Shown in pieces: positions 1-9,612 of a DNA stretch of 44,878 nt. Origin of the DNA: Bdellovibrionota bacterium (lineage in GTDB: Bacteria > Bdellovibrionota_C > UBA2361 > JBGSMV01); the NCBI GenBank assembly GCA_044356455.1, contig JBIKWF010000026.1, forward strand, positions 1-44,878, in the 5' to 3' direction. Position 1 is the first letter of the stretch, and every line of letters starts with the position of its first letter. Under the pieces are notes generated by a model. That model was given only the letters and a program-made list of their open reading frames with translations. It was not told the DNA's origin and did no database searches. Position numbers and translations under genes: made by a program.

Positions 1-612
1 CACTACGCAAGCAGAGTCGTTAATTCTGTCCCTCAAAGCTTCGGATGAGAACCCGCCGAAGACTACCGAGTGCACCGCGCCTATGCGCGCACAGGCGAGC
101 ATGGAGAACATAATCTCCGGAATCATCGGCATGTAGATCGCGACGCGATCTCCGCGTTTGACGCCCACAGACTTAAGCACGTTGGCAACGCGGCAGACTT
201 GCTCGAGCAATTCCTGGTAGGTGAAGGTGAGAACCTCTCCTGGTTCGTTACCCTCCCAAATGAGTGCGGTCTTATCACTTCGCGTGGGAAGATGGCGATC
301 GAGACAGTTTACTGAAGCATTAAGTCGTCCGCCCAGAAACCAGCGAATGTGTCCTTTGGGGTAGTCCCATTCGGAGACTTTGGTCCAAGGAGATTCCCAC
401 TCAAGAAACTCCGAAGCTTTTTCCGCCCAGAATTGGTCAGGGTCTTCTACTGAGCGTTTATATTCTCGCTCATACGTCTCAGCATTGATAAGGGCCGAGG
501 CACTAATGGATGCGGGTACCGGAAACAAAGCGGTTTCATTCAGCTTCGGAGAATCGACTTCAGGTGAAGCGACTTTAGACTTTTGGTCCCTGCTCTGTTC
601 GTTCTCACTCAT
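1..612 (-). CDS. acs: acetate--CoA ligase (acetyl-CoA synthetase), N-terminal part; runs off the left edge
   Basis: Not in the ORF track. Manual minus-strand translation from ATG at 612 gives MSENEQ...YKRSVEDPDQFWAEKA...WFLGGRLNASVNCLDRH...KTALIWEG...GVKRGDRVAIYMPMIPE...MLACARIGAVHSVVFGGFSSEALRDRI, a canonical Acs N-terminus. Confidence 0.95.
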   Translation of the reverse strand, partial: MSENEQSRDQKSKVASPEVDSPKLNETALFPVPASISASALINAETYEREYKRSVEDPDQFWAEKASEFLEWESPWTKVSEWDYPKGHIRWFLGGRLNASVNCLDRHLPTRSDKTALIWEGNEPGEVLTFTYQELLEQVCRVANVLKSVGVKRGDRVAIYMPMIPEIMFSMLACARIGAVHSVVFGGFSSEALRDRINDSACVV

Positions 613-791
613 AGGGCGAGCATATCCTCCTCATGTCGAGCTACCTTGGCTCTCGTTAAGGGGGGAGTATAGGGGGAACAGGGGGGGGGTGGTAAATGAG
701 GAAATCCACGAGGGAAGAGGATCCACGAGAATAGATAAACTTGGTCCGCGTTTTCAAACACTTACCCATGATACGGAACGACTTTATGTGA

Positions 792-3413
792 TTATGCCGC
801 CGCCCGTTCGCTCCTTTTCGCGTAAGCGAATACAAGCGTATCCCCTTTGGTCTCAACGTTGACTTCCGAGTGGTCTGCCAAGTCCCCACTAATAAGCGCT
901 CGGCCAAGCTTGGTCTCGAGTTCGCGCTGAATAAAGCGCTTCAAGGGACGAGCACCGTAAACGGGGTCGTATCCAGTCTTCGCGATGAACTCCTTTGCGG
1001 CCTTGGATAGTGAAATAGAGATATCGCGGTCCTTGAGACGAGACCGCACTTCATTGAGCAGCAAGTCTACAATCTGAGTAATTTCACCTAAACTCAGCGG
1101 CTTAAATAAAACTATCTCATCCACTCGGTTCAAGAACTCCGGTCTAAAATGCTGCCTGAGTTCTTTGAGCACCACGTCCCTCGCACTTTCCTTGATGTTT
1201 CCCTTTGAGTCGATTCCCTCAAGGAGGTGCGGAGAGCCAATATTAGAGGTCATGATGATCACGGTGTTCTTGAAATCAACCGTTCTGCCTTGAGAGTCCG
1301 TAACACGGCCATCATCAAGCACCTGCAAAAGCACGTTAAAGACGTCGTGATGCGCTTTTTCGATTTCGTCAAAAAGGACTACTGAGTAGGGCTTTCGTCT
1401 CACCGCCTCGGTAAGCTGCCCGCCTTCGTCATACCCCACGTATCCTGGAGGAGCCCCAATGAGGCGCGACACGGAGTGCTTTTCCATGTATTCGCTCATG
1501 TCAATCCGAACCATATTCTCCTCGGAATCGAAGAGGGTTCCGGCCAGGGTTTTCGCGAGCTCCGTTTTCCCCACGCCCGTGGGCCCAAGAAAAATGAAGG
1601 AGCCAATTGGTCGTTTGGGATCCTTTATGCCGGCGCGTGCGCGAATTACTGCGTCGGCAACTACCTGAACGGCTTCGTCTTGCCCGATGACACGTGAATG
1701 CAGGGTTTCATCTAGTTTGAGAAGTTTTTCCTTCTCTCCCTCTACCAGGCGCGTGACGGGAATACCTGTCCAGCGCGCGACGATCTCCCCTATCTCTTGC
1801 TCTGTCACTTCTTCGCGCAGCATCTTTGAGCCGCTTGAAGTCTTCTGCTCAAGGTCTCGCAATTCTTTCTCTAGGTTAGGGAGCTGCCCATGACGGAGCT
1901 CTGCTGCCTTATTGAGATCGTATGCTCTCTCGGCGCTTTGAATTTCAATCTTTACGCGCTCAATTTTCTCCCGAATTCCTTGTACGCGTCCGATGGACTG
2001 CTTTTCAGCTTCCCACTTTGCACGCATGGCGTTGGCATTATCTTTGATTCCCACGAGCTCTTTTTTCAGCTCTTCGAGACGCTTGAAGCTCGCCTCGTCT
2101 TTCTCTTTCTTCAGGGACGCTTCTTCGATCTCAAGCTGCATGATGCGGCGGGTAACTTCATCAAGCTCGGCCGGCATGGAATCAATTTCAGTGCGAATGG
2201 TCGCGCAGGCTTCGTCGACGAGGTCTATCGCCTTATCCGGGAGGAACCGATCGGAAATGTAGCGGTCCGAAAGCGTTGCGGCTGCTACTAAGGCTGTGTC
2301 GAGGATGCGAACTCCGTGATGGACTTCAAAGCGCTCCTTAATGCCGCGCAGAATAGAGATGGTGTCCTCAACCGAGGGTTGATCCACGACTACGGGCTGA
2401 AAGCGCCTCTCGAGAGCCGCGTCTTTTTCTATGTATTTTCGGTACTCTTCAAGCGTGGTGGCCCCTATGCAGTGCAGCTCTCCTCTGGCGAGCATGGGTT
2501 TAAGCATATTGCCCGCATCCATAGAGCCTTCTGCTTTCCCCGCTCCGACAATGGTGTGAAGCTCGTCGATGAAAAGCAGAATGCGCCCTTCTGCATTTTT
2601 TATTTCGAGCAATACCGCCTTGAGGCGCTCCTCGAATTCGCCGCGGAATTTGGCGCCTGCGACAAGAGCGCCCATATCGAGTGCAAAAATGGTCTTGTCC
2701 TTGAGTCCTTCAGGAACATCTCCTCGCACAATGCGCTGGGCGAGGCCTTCCACGATAGCCGTCTTGCCGACGCCTGGTTCCCCAATAAGAACCGGATTGT
2801 TTTTTGTTTTTCTGGAGAGAATGCGAATAACGCGCCGGATTTCTCCATCTCGGCCAATAACAGGGTCAATCTTGCCCTTCTTTGCCATGTCAACGAGGTC
2901 ACGCCCATAACGCGCCAAAGCTTCGTAGGTAGATTCGGGATTCGCACTCTGTACGCGCTGATTGCCGCGCACTGCCGTTAAGCCTTCGAGGAAGCGCTCG
3001 CGAGTGAGCTGGAAGGAAGCTAGTAATTTCCCGAGTTCCGAGCGGTCGCTCGAATCTAACATCGCAAGAAAGAGATGCTCAACGGAGACATATTCATCCT
3101 TTAGCCTTCGAGCTTCGTCATCGGCCTTGACCATGACCTGGTTCAGTCTCTGGCTAATGAGTATCTTTCCTGCCTCTGAGCCTGGGCCACTGACGCTCGG
3201 CCGCTTCTCAAGGAGTTTTTTTACCTGAGCCCCGAGATTCTTAGCTTCAATCCCGAGCTTAGCCATCATGCGGGAGATGAGCCCATCTTCTTGCTCGCAA
3301 AGCGCAAGGAGCACGTGCTCGACGTCTACCTCTTGATTGCCATGACGAACCGCAATTCGCTGAGCTTCGCTGAGTGCCTCTTGGGATTTTTCTGTAAAAC
3401 GACTGATGTCCAT
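792..3413 (-). CDS. clpB: ATP-dependent chaperone ClpB
   Basis: 873 aa; Clp N-domain repeats, two Walker A motifs ([16 protein letters not shown]), coiled-coil middle domain, GAPPGYVGY pore loop and GARPL sensor. Confidence 0.98.
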   Translation of the reverse strand: MDISRFTEKSQEALSEAQRIAVRHGNQEVDVEHVLLALCEQEDGLISRMMAKLGIEAKNLGAQVKKLLEKRPSVSGPGSEAGKILISQRLNQVMVKADDEARRLKDEYVSVEHLFLAMLDSSDRSELGKLLASFQLTRERFLEGLTAVRGNQRVQSANPESTYEALARYGRDLVDMAKKGKIDPVIGRDGEIRRVIRILSRKTKNNPVLIGEPGVGKTAIVEGLAQRIVRGDVPEGLKDKTIFALDMGALVAGAKFRGEFEERLKAVLLEIKNAEGRILLFIDELHTIVGAGKAEGSMDAGNMLKPMLARGELHCIGATTLEEYRKYIEKDAALERRFQPVVVDQPSVEDTISILRGIKERFEVHHGVRILDTALVAAATLSDRYISDRFLPDKAIDLVDEACATIRTEIDSMPAELDEVTRRIMQLEIEEASLKKEKDEASFKRLEELKKELVGIKDNANAMRAKWEAEKQSIGRVQGIREKIERVKIEIQSAERAYDLNKAAELRHGQLPNLEKELRDLEQKTSSGSKMLREEVTEQEIGEIVARWTGIPVTRLVEGEKEKLLKLDETLHSRVIGQDEAVQVVADAVIRARAGIKDPKRPIGSFIFLGPTGVGKTELAKTLAGTLFDSEENMVRIDMSEYMEKHSVSRLIGAPPGYVGYDEGGQLTEAVRRKPYSVVLFDEIEKAHHDVFNVLLQVLDDGRVTDSQGRTVDFKNTVIIMTSNIGSPHLLEGIDSKGNIKESARDVVLKELRQHFRPEFLNRVDEIVLFKPLSLGEITQIVDLLLNEVRSRLKDRDISISLSKAAKEFIAKTGYDPVYGARPLKRFIQRELETKLGRALISGDLADHSEVNVETKGDTLVFAYAKRSERAAA

Positions 3414-3513
3414 ATCTTTGCTCTCTTACAAAAAAATTGTTTTTGGTGTGCTTTGAAAACAACCACTAAGAACACAAAAAGGCGGGGGCGGCGGGGCCGA
3501 TCTTCGAGTGCGC

Positions 3514-4521
3514 TTACGCTCTTCGAGGGTTAAAGGAAGACGCTTCCCTAAGTTGCTCATAGAGCGCCCGCTCTCCTGCAGATACCGTCTCCGGGACCAC
3601 TATCTGAATCTCGGCAAACGCATCTCCCCGCTCTTCTTTAGACTTAAAGAGCCCTCGCCCTTTAAGCCTTAGTCTTTGCCCCGTTCGCGCTCCGCCCGGT
3701 ACCGTGAGTTTCACTTCTCCGTCGGGGAGTTTTAGATCCACTTTCGAGCCGAGCACAGCCTCCCACGGAGCCACCTTGAGAGGCACAATGAGGTCATAAT
3801 CATTAATTGTAATTTGTGCAGAGGGCCTCAGCTTAATTTTTAACAAGATGTCGCTACCGTGAGATCCCTGACCCGCGAGACGAATAACCGAGCCTTCCTT
3901 GGAACCTGGCGGAATTCTGACATCAAAAGTTTTCGTACGGCGCGTCATTTGGCCGTCTGCAGCATGCTCCATGAGCTCAAAAGTGAAGCTGTGAGGTTTG
4001 GTAGAAATCAAATCTTCAATGGTGAGCTCAACTTCTACGGACTGAGTGGCAGGCTTTCGGTGCTGAGCCCGTGAGCGAGTGCGGCCTCCCGCTGCGCTCG
4101 CGCGTCCACCAAAGAGATCTTGCTCTGCAAAGCCCCCCTGATGCCCAAAGCTCTGCTGTCCCCCAAACTGCGAGCCAAAAATTGCGCTGAAAAAATCACT
4201 GAAATCTGCTCCTCCGCCTCCAAAGTTGAACTGGGCACCTGCCCCCGCGCCGAATCCTGATCCAGCACCGCCGCCAGGTGGGGGCTGAAAGTCCTGGCCC
4301 GCTTGCCAATTGGCGCCCAGGGCGTCGTAGCGGCTACGCTTCTTGGGGTCACCAAGGACCTCGTTGGCTTCATTAACCTTCTTAAACTGGTCCTCTGCTC
4401 CCTTGGCCTTGTTGATGTCAGGGTGATACTTGCGCGCAAGCTTGCGGTAAGCCTTTTGAATCTCTTCCTGAGACGCTCCGCGCGCCACGCCAAGGGTTTC
4501 GTAATAGTCTTGATACTTCAT
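3514..4521 (-). CDS. cbpA: DnaJ class B co-chaperone (CbpA-like)
   Basis: MKYQDYY start, J-domain with HPD, G/F-rich linker, DnaJ C-terminal domain with APWEAVLG, no zinc finger; directly upstream of clpB. Confidence 0.88.
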   Translation of the reverse strand: MKYQDYYETLGVARGASQEEIQKAYRKLARKYHPDINKAKGAEDQFKKVNEANEVLGDPKKRSRYDALGANWQAGQDFQPPPGGGAGSGFGAGAGAQFNFGGGGADFSDFFSAIFGSQFGGQQSFGHQGGFAEQDLFGGRASAAGGRTRSRAQHRKPATQSVEVELTIEDLISTKPHSFTFELMEHAADGQMTRRTKTFDVRIPPGSKEGSVIRLAGQGSHGSDILLKIKLRPSAQITINDYDLIVPLKVAPWEAVLGSKVDLKLPDGEVKLTVPGGARTGQRLRLKGRGLFKSKEERGDAFAEIQIVVPETVSAGERALYEQLREASSFNPRRA

Positions 4522-4562
4522 AGAAGTGTAAATCTTAAATCCAACTTACGGGAGCTACCTAA

Positions 4563-4692
4563 GGAGACTCTGAGAAACCTCGATATTCTATTTTTTCTCT
4601 CTGTGATCTCTGTGTCCTCTGTGGTTTTTTTTACATTTTAAATCAACCACAGAGGACACAGAGATCACAGAGCAGACATTTTCAGAGCTTCC
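4563..4692. mobile_element. 130-bp MITE (copy A1) with IS5-like terminal inverted repeats and CTAA target duplication
   Basis: CTAA (4559-4562) | GGAGACTCTGAGAAA ... TTTTCAGAGCTTCC | CTAA (4693-4696). Internal perfect 28-bp inverted repeat at 4599-4626 / 4645-4672. Homologous inverted copy at 26220-26349. Confidence 0.75.
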
Positions 4693-4834
4693 CTAAGAAT
4701 GCGGGGAGAGGTCTCCTCCGGCGGGCAACTTGGAAAATCGAGCGCCTCGAGATTCGAATTCACCCAGCCTATTAGAAGTAATCACGATTTTGGCAAATTC
4801 AACGCTTAGTTCGGAGGGGGCCCTTATGGGCTTG

Positions 4835-5713
4835 TTAGAGATTCTTAAGGGCTAGAATCTCCATGGCTGGGGAGCGGTTCCCGGTGCAGGAAATGCGCCT
4901 TGGGGCAGAGATAAGTTCGACCTTAAACCCAGCCTCCTGGTACAGCTTTATAATCCGTTCCGTAGCCTGGTTGGAGGCCACCACAGGCCCTCCAAAATCT
5001 TTGAGCCACTCGACTAAGCGGACTTGGTCTTCCCACTTAAAGTCTTCCTTGGCGTATTTAGTAAACTCAACGTCGTAGGGCGGATCAATGTAAAGAAAGT
5101 CCTCGGGTCCAATTTTGAGTGCCTCGAAGTCCTTTGCCAAAAAGCTCCACCCGGCAAAGATGCTCTTAAACTTCGAGAAGTCCGAGAGGTAATTAATGGT
5201 TTTATACTTCCCAAAGGGAACGTTAAAGTGTCCCTTGGAATTGAACCGGCAGAGTCCGTTGAAGCAAGTGCGATTGAGATAATAGAAAAGCGCAGCAGCT
5301 TCTTTGCTTGTAGCGTCACCCGCGGAGATCAGCTCATTAAAGCGCGTACGAGCGGCGTAGTAGTGCTCCTTTTCATTTTCCATGCTGACCTGGGTCACGA
5401 GCCCAAGTTTTAGCCAGTGATAGAAATTGATAACGTGCGGATTGAGGTCGCAAAGCAGTGCCTTTTGAGGGGCGAGCCCAAGTGCTACTGCGAGCCCCCC
5501 GGCAAAGGGCTCAACAAGGCGGCGCTGACGATGGGGCTCAAAAAGCTTGCGTAAGGTTGGAACAAGCCAGCGCTTGCCCCCCGCCCATTTAAGAGGCGGA
5601 GTGCGAGACTCTTCTTGCTGCCCGTCAAGCTCGAGGACTTCAAAGATAGGCGCCTTCGAACCAGAAGGCTCAACGTCAAAAGGGATTTTTCGGGCAGTAG
5701 ATGATGAATTCAC
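4835..5713 (-). CDS. Dam-family (D12 class) DNA adenine methyltransferase, apparently orphan
   Basis: Motifs LKWAGGK, VEPFAGG (SAM binding), DLN, YLNRTCFNGLCRFN..FNVPFGKY and catalytic DPPY. Confidence 0.93.
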   Translation of the reverse strand: MNSSSTARKIPFDVEPSGSKAPIFEVLELDGQQEESRTPPLKWAGGKRWLVPTLRKLFEPHRQRRLVEPFAGGLAVALGLAPQKALLCDLNPHVINFYHWLKLGLVTQVSMENEKEHYYAARTRFNELISAGDATSKEAAALFYYLNRTCFNGLCRFNSKGHFNVPFGKYKTINYLSDFSKFKSIFAGWSFLAKDFEALKIGPEDFLYIDPPYDVEFTKYAKEDFKWEDQVRLVEWLKDFGGPVVASNQATERIIKLYQEAGFKVELISAPRRISCTGNRSPAMEILALKNL

Positions 5714-5943
5714 AGCGGCTTCGAGCTTAAGGGATGGGTGCTTGTATGGCTAGACTAAAGAGCGAGAGGTCTTTCGTGCCGTCTGCCTGCGGGGGTCGAA
5801 ATAAATAATGATCTACGCTGAGGATGCGTGCGCCCGGCCGCGGATGCCGCGGGCCTTTTAATCCTCAAAGTATCAAATAGTTAACCTGGCTTCGGGAGCG
5901 CTAGTTGCCCCACCCATAAAGCTAAGGGCATCAGAATGCTCTC

Positions 5944-6058
5944 ACCACAAAGGACGCAAGGGACACAAAGGAATGCGTTGAAATTGCAATCCTTACTTGA
6001 GCTTTCTTTGCGTCCTTCGCGTCCTTTGTGGTCCAATAAAAGCTTAAGTAATTTTAGG
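5944..6058. repeat. 9-bp-periodic inverted-repeat element (copy B1)
   Basis: Arms ACCACAAAGGACGCAAGGGACACAAAG (5944-5970) and CTTTGCGTCCTTCGCGTCCTTTGTGGT (6006-6032) are 24/27 complementary; the tail CTTAAGTAATTT is shared with the copy at 28738-28844. Confidence 0.8.
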
Positions 6059-6113
6059 GCTTTACGCCGTACATTCTTGCGCCCGACTTAAAGCCATTCT
6101 TCTTTGATTAGCC

Positions 6114-7214
6114 TTGTCTTACAGGTCACAATGGCCGGCTAAGACGCATAGAATTCGCCTTGAAAATCAGATGATAGAATTTACTCCCCCGACCCCCACA
6201 AGTGGCACAACGCCCACTAGCAAGGTGGACTCGAGCGCTGCGGGAGAAAATGGAGCGCTTCGCACTCCGCCTTCGCCCGGAAATGCTCCAAGCATGCGGG
6301 ACCGAGTACTTATTGTGCTCCCAGAATCGCATGCCTTCCCGCGTGAGGAGGAGGCGCGTATCCTTGCAAGAGCCCTAAAGAGTGCGGAATCTGAATCCCG
6401 AGTTACGCTTTTTCTTGAGTCGAGGCGGCATGAGAGTGGACCTGAAGCCAGTGCCGATGAGGACGCAATTCCTATTCTTACTCATGGCGTAGGGAGCGGG
6501 CTCATTGATAAAGTCTATTTTCCGGTGGCGTTTCTTCAGCTCACTTCCGAATTCTGCCGTTTTTCTGCGGTAAATGGGAATTCTGCGCTCCCTCGGGCGC
6601 TCGAAATTACGAGGGAGGCTCTAGATAAGACGCGGCTTTTCTATGAGATTCATGGTCGCACACCCCCTACCGATCGCATTCTCGCTATCCAACAAATGAT
6701 GCTCTCCGAGATTAACCATGCTGCGGCACCCCTTTTAGGGAAGATTGAATTCACCATGCCCGAACTCGCAAAGGCCTTGTCTGAGGTGCCGAAGACAATT
6801 AGCGGCAAGATTCCCAAGGGTTTATCAGCCATCATGATGCCAGTCCTTAGTAAGGTTACTCCCGGAGACGTTGAGAGCCTTAATCGATTTCGAGGCGAAC
6901 TTGAGCGAGGGCTCAAAGTTCAGACACCGAGATTGGAGCAGAAATTTCTCACTCAGTTAAGAAGTTGTATCTTCCACGATGATGCAATCGGTGCCTTTAG
7001 GAATGCGGATGCGCTCATGACCTCCGTGCGGCAAGTTCGAGAGTACACCTTGCCCTTCTTTATCCTAAAGCAGTCCTTCGATATTGGAGTTCTAAGCTGC
7101 TGCTTAAATCATGCCGCGATCAAGACGCTTGAGCAGGCTCTTCAGAAGGCCGGCATTAAGATGGTGGTGGATCTTAATGGCATGTTTCGGAGCACTCGAG
7201 CACGTGACTCCTAA
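6114..7214 (+). CDS. hypothetical protein (possible ChaN/TIKI/EreA-like fold); true start may be ATG 6171
   Basis: Long ORF (366 aa) filling the space between the methylase and the protease; Pro/Thr-rich N-terminus followed by an alpha/beta-like segment VLIVLPESH...VTLFLE. Confidence 0.6.
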   Translation: MSYRSQWPAKTHRIRLENQMIEFTPPTPTSGTTPTSKVDSSAAGENGALRTPPSPGNAPSMRDRVLIVLPESHAFPREEEARILARALKSAESESRVTLFLESRRHESGPEASADEDAIPILTHGVGSGLIDKVYFPVAFLQLTSEFCRFSAVNGNSALPRALEITREALDKTRLFYEIHGRTPPTDRILAIQQMMLSEINHAAAPLLGKIEFTMPELAKALSEVPKTISGKIPKGLSAIMMPVLSKVTPGDVESLNRFRGELERGLKVQTPRLEQKFLTQLRSCIFHDDAIGAFRNADALMTSVRQVREYTLPFFILKQSFDIGVLSCCLNHAAIKTLEQALQKAGIKMVVDLNGMFRSTRARDS

Positions 7215-7334
7215 GCTTTTCTTGTAGTCCCAAAGGCTTTTCTTCCTCACGACTTTAAACCCTTTTAGTTCCAGTGCTCTACCAGAACGCCAAAATCTCA
7301 ATAGGGAGAAGCCTTCTCCCGATACTCATGGTCT

Positions 7335-9245
7335 ATGCGGGTTAAGCTGGTAGCTTATATTGGTGCTTTGTTTTTGGGATATGGGGCGCTTAATCCCGCA
7401 GCTGTGCTCGCTGACTCTGAGCCTCGAACGTTTGTTAAGGACGAGGCCATCATCAGCGTTAGGCCAAGGCCCTTGGGGACCGCTGCGATAAGAAAAAGTA
7501 TTAGGGCGACCGGAACTGAGCCTGCACTTGCCCGGCTCTTCCGAGGTTCTTTTAAATCCCTCAATCAAAAAAAGCTCTCTCAATACGCGGCGAGAATTCG
7601 GGCCGAGCGCTCTGTTTCAACTGGAAATTCTCAAGTGGGCCGTGTTTTTCATAAAAGTATAGACCCTTGCCGAAAGGCGCCAATTCGGCGCCTACTTCGT
7701 GTTTCGCCAAGCCTCATGTGTGAGCCGAATTGGACCGCGCATATCGACCTGACCCCGAACGATCCCGATTACGATAGCTTGTGGGCACTGGGCAGCTCCG
7801 CTACGGGACGCATCCGAGCTCCCTCCGCGTGGGGGCTCTCTACCGGATCAAGCAGTGTAGTCGTGGGAGTGGTTGACACAGGAATTGATTACACTCATCC
7901 CGATCTCGCGGCGAATATTTGGATCAATCCGGGCGAGATTGCAAGCAATGGGATTGACGATGATCAGAATGGCTACATAGACGATGTGCGCGGCATTGAT
8001 ACGTTCAATAACGACTCAAATCCGATGGATGATCATTTCCATGGCACCCATGTAGCCGGGACCATTGGCGCCGTTGGGAATAATAGTACCGGGGTGGTCG
8101 GGGTAAACTGGACCGTCAAGATGATAGGCTGCAAATTCCTAGGCGCAGGGGGCTCAGGGAGCACTGCCGGAGCAATTCAGTGTATCGACTATCTCACCAA
8201 TTTAAAGCAGGACTTAGGAATTGCGCTTGTTGCCTCTAATAATTCTTGGGGTAGCACGGGGGAGCCTCCCCTCTCCCTGCAGCAGGCGGTGCAGCGTGCA
8301 CTTGACGCTGATATTCTTTTTGTCGCGGCCGCCGGAAATAATGGGCGAAACAATGACTCCGTTGCGGTGAGCCCGTCTAATATTGAACTTAGCAATGTGA
8401 TTGCTGTCGCTGCCATCGATAGCACGGGAGCGCTTGCGAGCTTTTCAAATTATGGTCTCACCAAAGTCGATCTGGGAGCTCCAGGAGTCGGCATTTACAG
8501 CACCGCACCAGGAAATAGTTACTTTGATTTAGACGGCACGTCTATGGCTGCGCCCCATGTCACAGGAGTTGCGGCGCTTCTTAAAGCCTATAGGCCCGAG
8601 CTCACCGGCGCTCAGATAGCGTCAAATATCCTAAGTTCAGGGACCGCACTTTCTTCGCTTAATGGAAGGACCGTGACGGGCAAGGCTCTTAACGCTTATG
8701 AGGCGCTTAGATTGGAGGTGAGCACCCCAACTCCTACTCCGACGCGCACGGCAACTTCAACCGCCACTCCGGTCCCCCCGACACCGACTGCGACCGCAAC
8801 TCCGATTCCACCGACGCCAACCGCTACACCACTACCCACGGAGAGCGTAGCTCCCACAGCGATTCCGACTGAAGCTCCTGCGCCGCCTCCTGAGGAAACG
8901 GCGACGCCGATTCCACCGACTGAAGTTCCAGAGGAGCCTGAAATAATCTTAGAGAACGTCCGGCTCACGGCATCGCTAAAGCGCTCGGGCAATAAGAGCG
9001 ACATTTCTTGTAAGCTCTTTGAGCTAAGCGAGGACCGGAGTTCCCGCACTGCGCTTGAGGGATTTGACGTAGTCCTTCTCGACTCAAAAGGGCGTCGCCG
9101 CGGCCAGTCAGTATCTAATGCGGGCGGCGCGGTGGGTTTTAGAGTTCAAGCTGGACGCATCTTGGAATCTTACCGCTGTCAAAGTGGTCTAGGTGGATTC
9201 GGGCGCGTACGTTCTGGTTTTGTGGTGTTGAAGCCGCGGCGATAG
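7335..9245 (+). CDS. secreted S8 subtilisin-like serine protease with Pro/Thr-rich linker
   Basis: Signal peptide; catalytic motifs VVDTG (Asp), HGTHVAG (His), GTSMAAP (Ser), AAGN oxyanion; calcium-loop GIDDDQNGYIDD; (PT)n linker and small C-terminal domain. Confidence 0.95.
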   Translation: MRVKLVAYIGALFLGYGALNPAAVLADSEPRTFVKDEAIISVRPRPLGTAAIRKSIRATGTEPALARLFRGSFKSLNQKKLSQYAARIRAERSVSTGNSQVGRVFHKSIDPCRKAPIRRLLRVSPSLMCEPNWTAHIDLTPNDPDYDSLWALGSSATGRIRAPSAWGLSTGSSSVVVGVVDTGIDYTHPDLAANIWINPGEIASNGIDDDQNGYIDDVRGIDTFNNDSNPMDDHFHGTHVAGTIGAVGNNSTGVVGVNWTVKMIGCKFLGAGGSGSTAGAIQCIDYLTNLKQDLGIALVASNNSWGSTGEPPLSLQQAVQRALDADILFVAAAGNNGRNNDSVAVSPSNIELSNVIAVAAIDSTGALASFSNYGLTKVDLGAPGVGIYSTAPGNSYFDLDGTSMAAPHVTGVAALLKAYRPELTGAQIASNILSSGTALSSLNGRTVTGKALNAYEALRLEVSTPTPTPTRTATSTATPVPPTPTATATPIPPTPTATPLPTESVAPTAIPTEAPAPPPEETATPIPPTEVPEEPEIILENVRLTASLKRSGNKSDISCKLFELSEDRSSRTALEGFDVVLLDSKGRRRGQSVSNAGGAVGFRVQAGRILESYRCQSGLGGFGRVRSGFVVLKPRR

Positions 9246-9250
9246 CTGCT

Positions 9251-9491
9251 GCGAGAGTTCTTGCGGCACCGCGGGGACGCGGCGCCCTACCGGGATACGA
9301 CACCAACTGGTAGGGCGCGCCGTTCCGCCTCTGCCAGTAGGCGACGGCGCGACGCGCGCCCCGGCGTGCCGAATCAAATGCGGCGGGGCGTCGACCAGCA
9401 GCCTCGACTACGCAATGAGCGCCCCGGGAAAAAAGCTACCGCGTGCGTGTGCGAGAGATCTTGCGGCACCGCGAGGACGCGGCGCCCTACC
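9251..9491. repeat. GTAG-type REP cluster 1
   Basis: 41-bp direct repeats at 9251-9291 and 9451-9491 ending in GGCGCCCTACC, with an opposite-orientation REP at 9309-9374 that is interrupted by a 35-nt insert. Confidence 0.8.
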
Positions 9492-9530
9492 CTCATCTCC
9501 TGAGGCTACTTCTGGGAAGGAGGGGAAAAA

Positions 9531-9604
9531 TAGCGACGGGTGGGCTCGAACCACCGACCTCGGCATTATGAGTGCCGCGCTCTAGCCAGCTGAGCTACGT
9601 CGCC
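9531..9604 (-). tRNA. tRNA-Met (CAT), probably elongator; CCA not encoded
   Basis: GGCGACG TA GCTC AGCTGGCTA GAGC G CGGCA CT CAT AA TGCCG AGGTC GGTGG TTCGAGC CCACC CGTCGCT A forms a complete cloverleaf. It lacks the C1:A72 mismatch and GGG/CCC anticodon stem of initiator tRNA. Ile2 is not fully excluded. Confidence 0.93.
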
Positions 9605-9612
9605 ACAAGAAA

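Noticed and set aside
609..630. 4-codon uORF (MLAL) overlapping the acs start
   Set aside because: The GGAGG is only 2 nt from its ATG, too close for initiation; it more likely serves acs itself.
70..3533. plus-strand ORFs over acs and clpB (e.g. 70..315, 380..862, 2316..2981)
   Set aside because: Antisense shadows of conserved genes.
4522..4834. CIRCE or HAIR heat-shock operator upstream of cbpA-clpB
   Set aside because: No TTAGCACTC-N9-GAGTGCTAA or CTTGAGT-N7-ACTCAAG match; the TAGCACTC half-sites near 17315 and 18725 have no partner arm.
8720..8940. repetitive DNA inside the S8 protease gene
   Set aside because: Explained by the Pro/Thr linker coding sequence.
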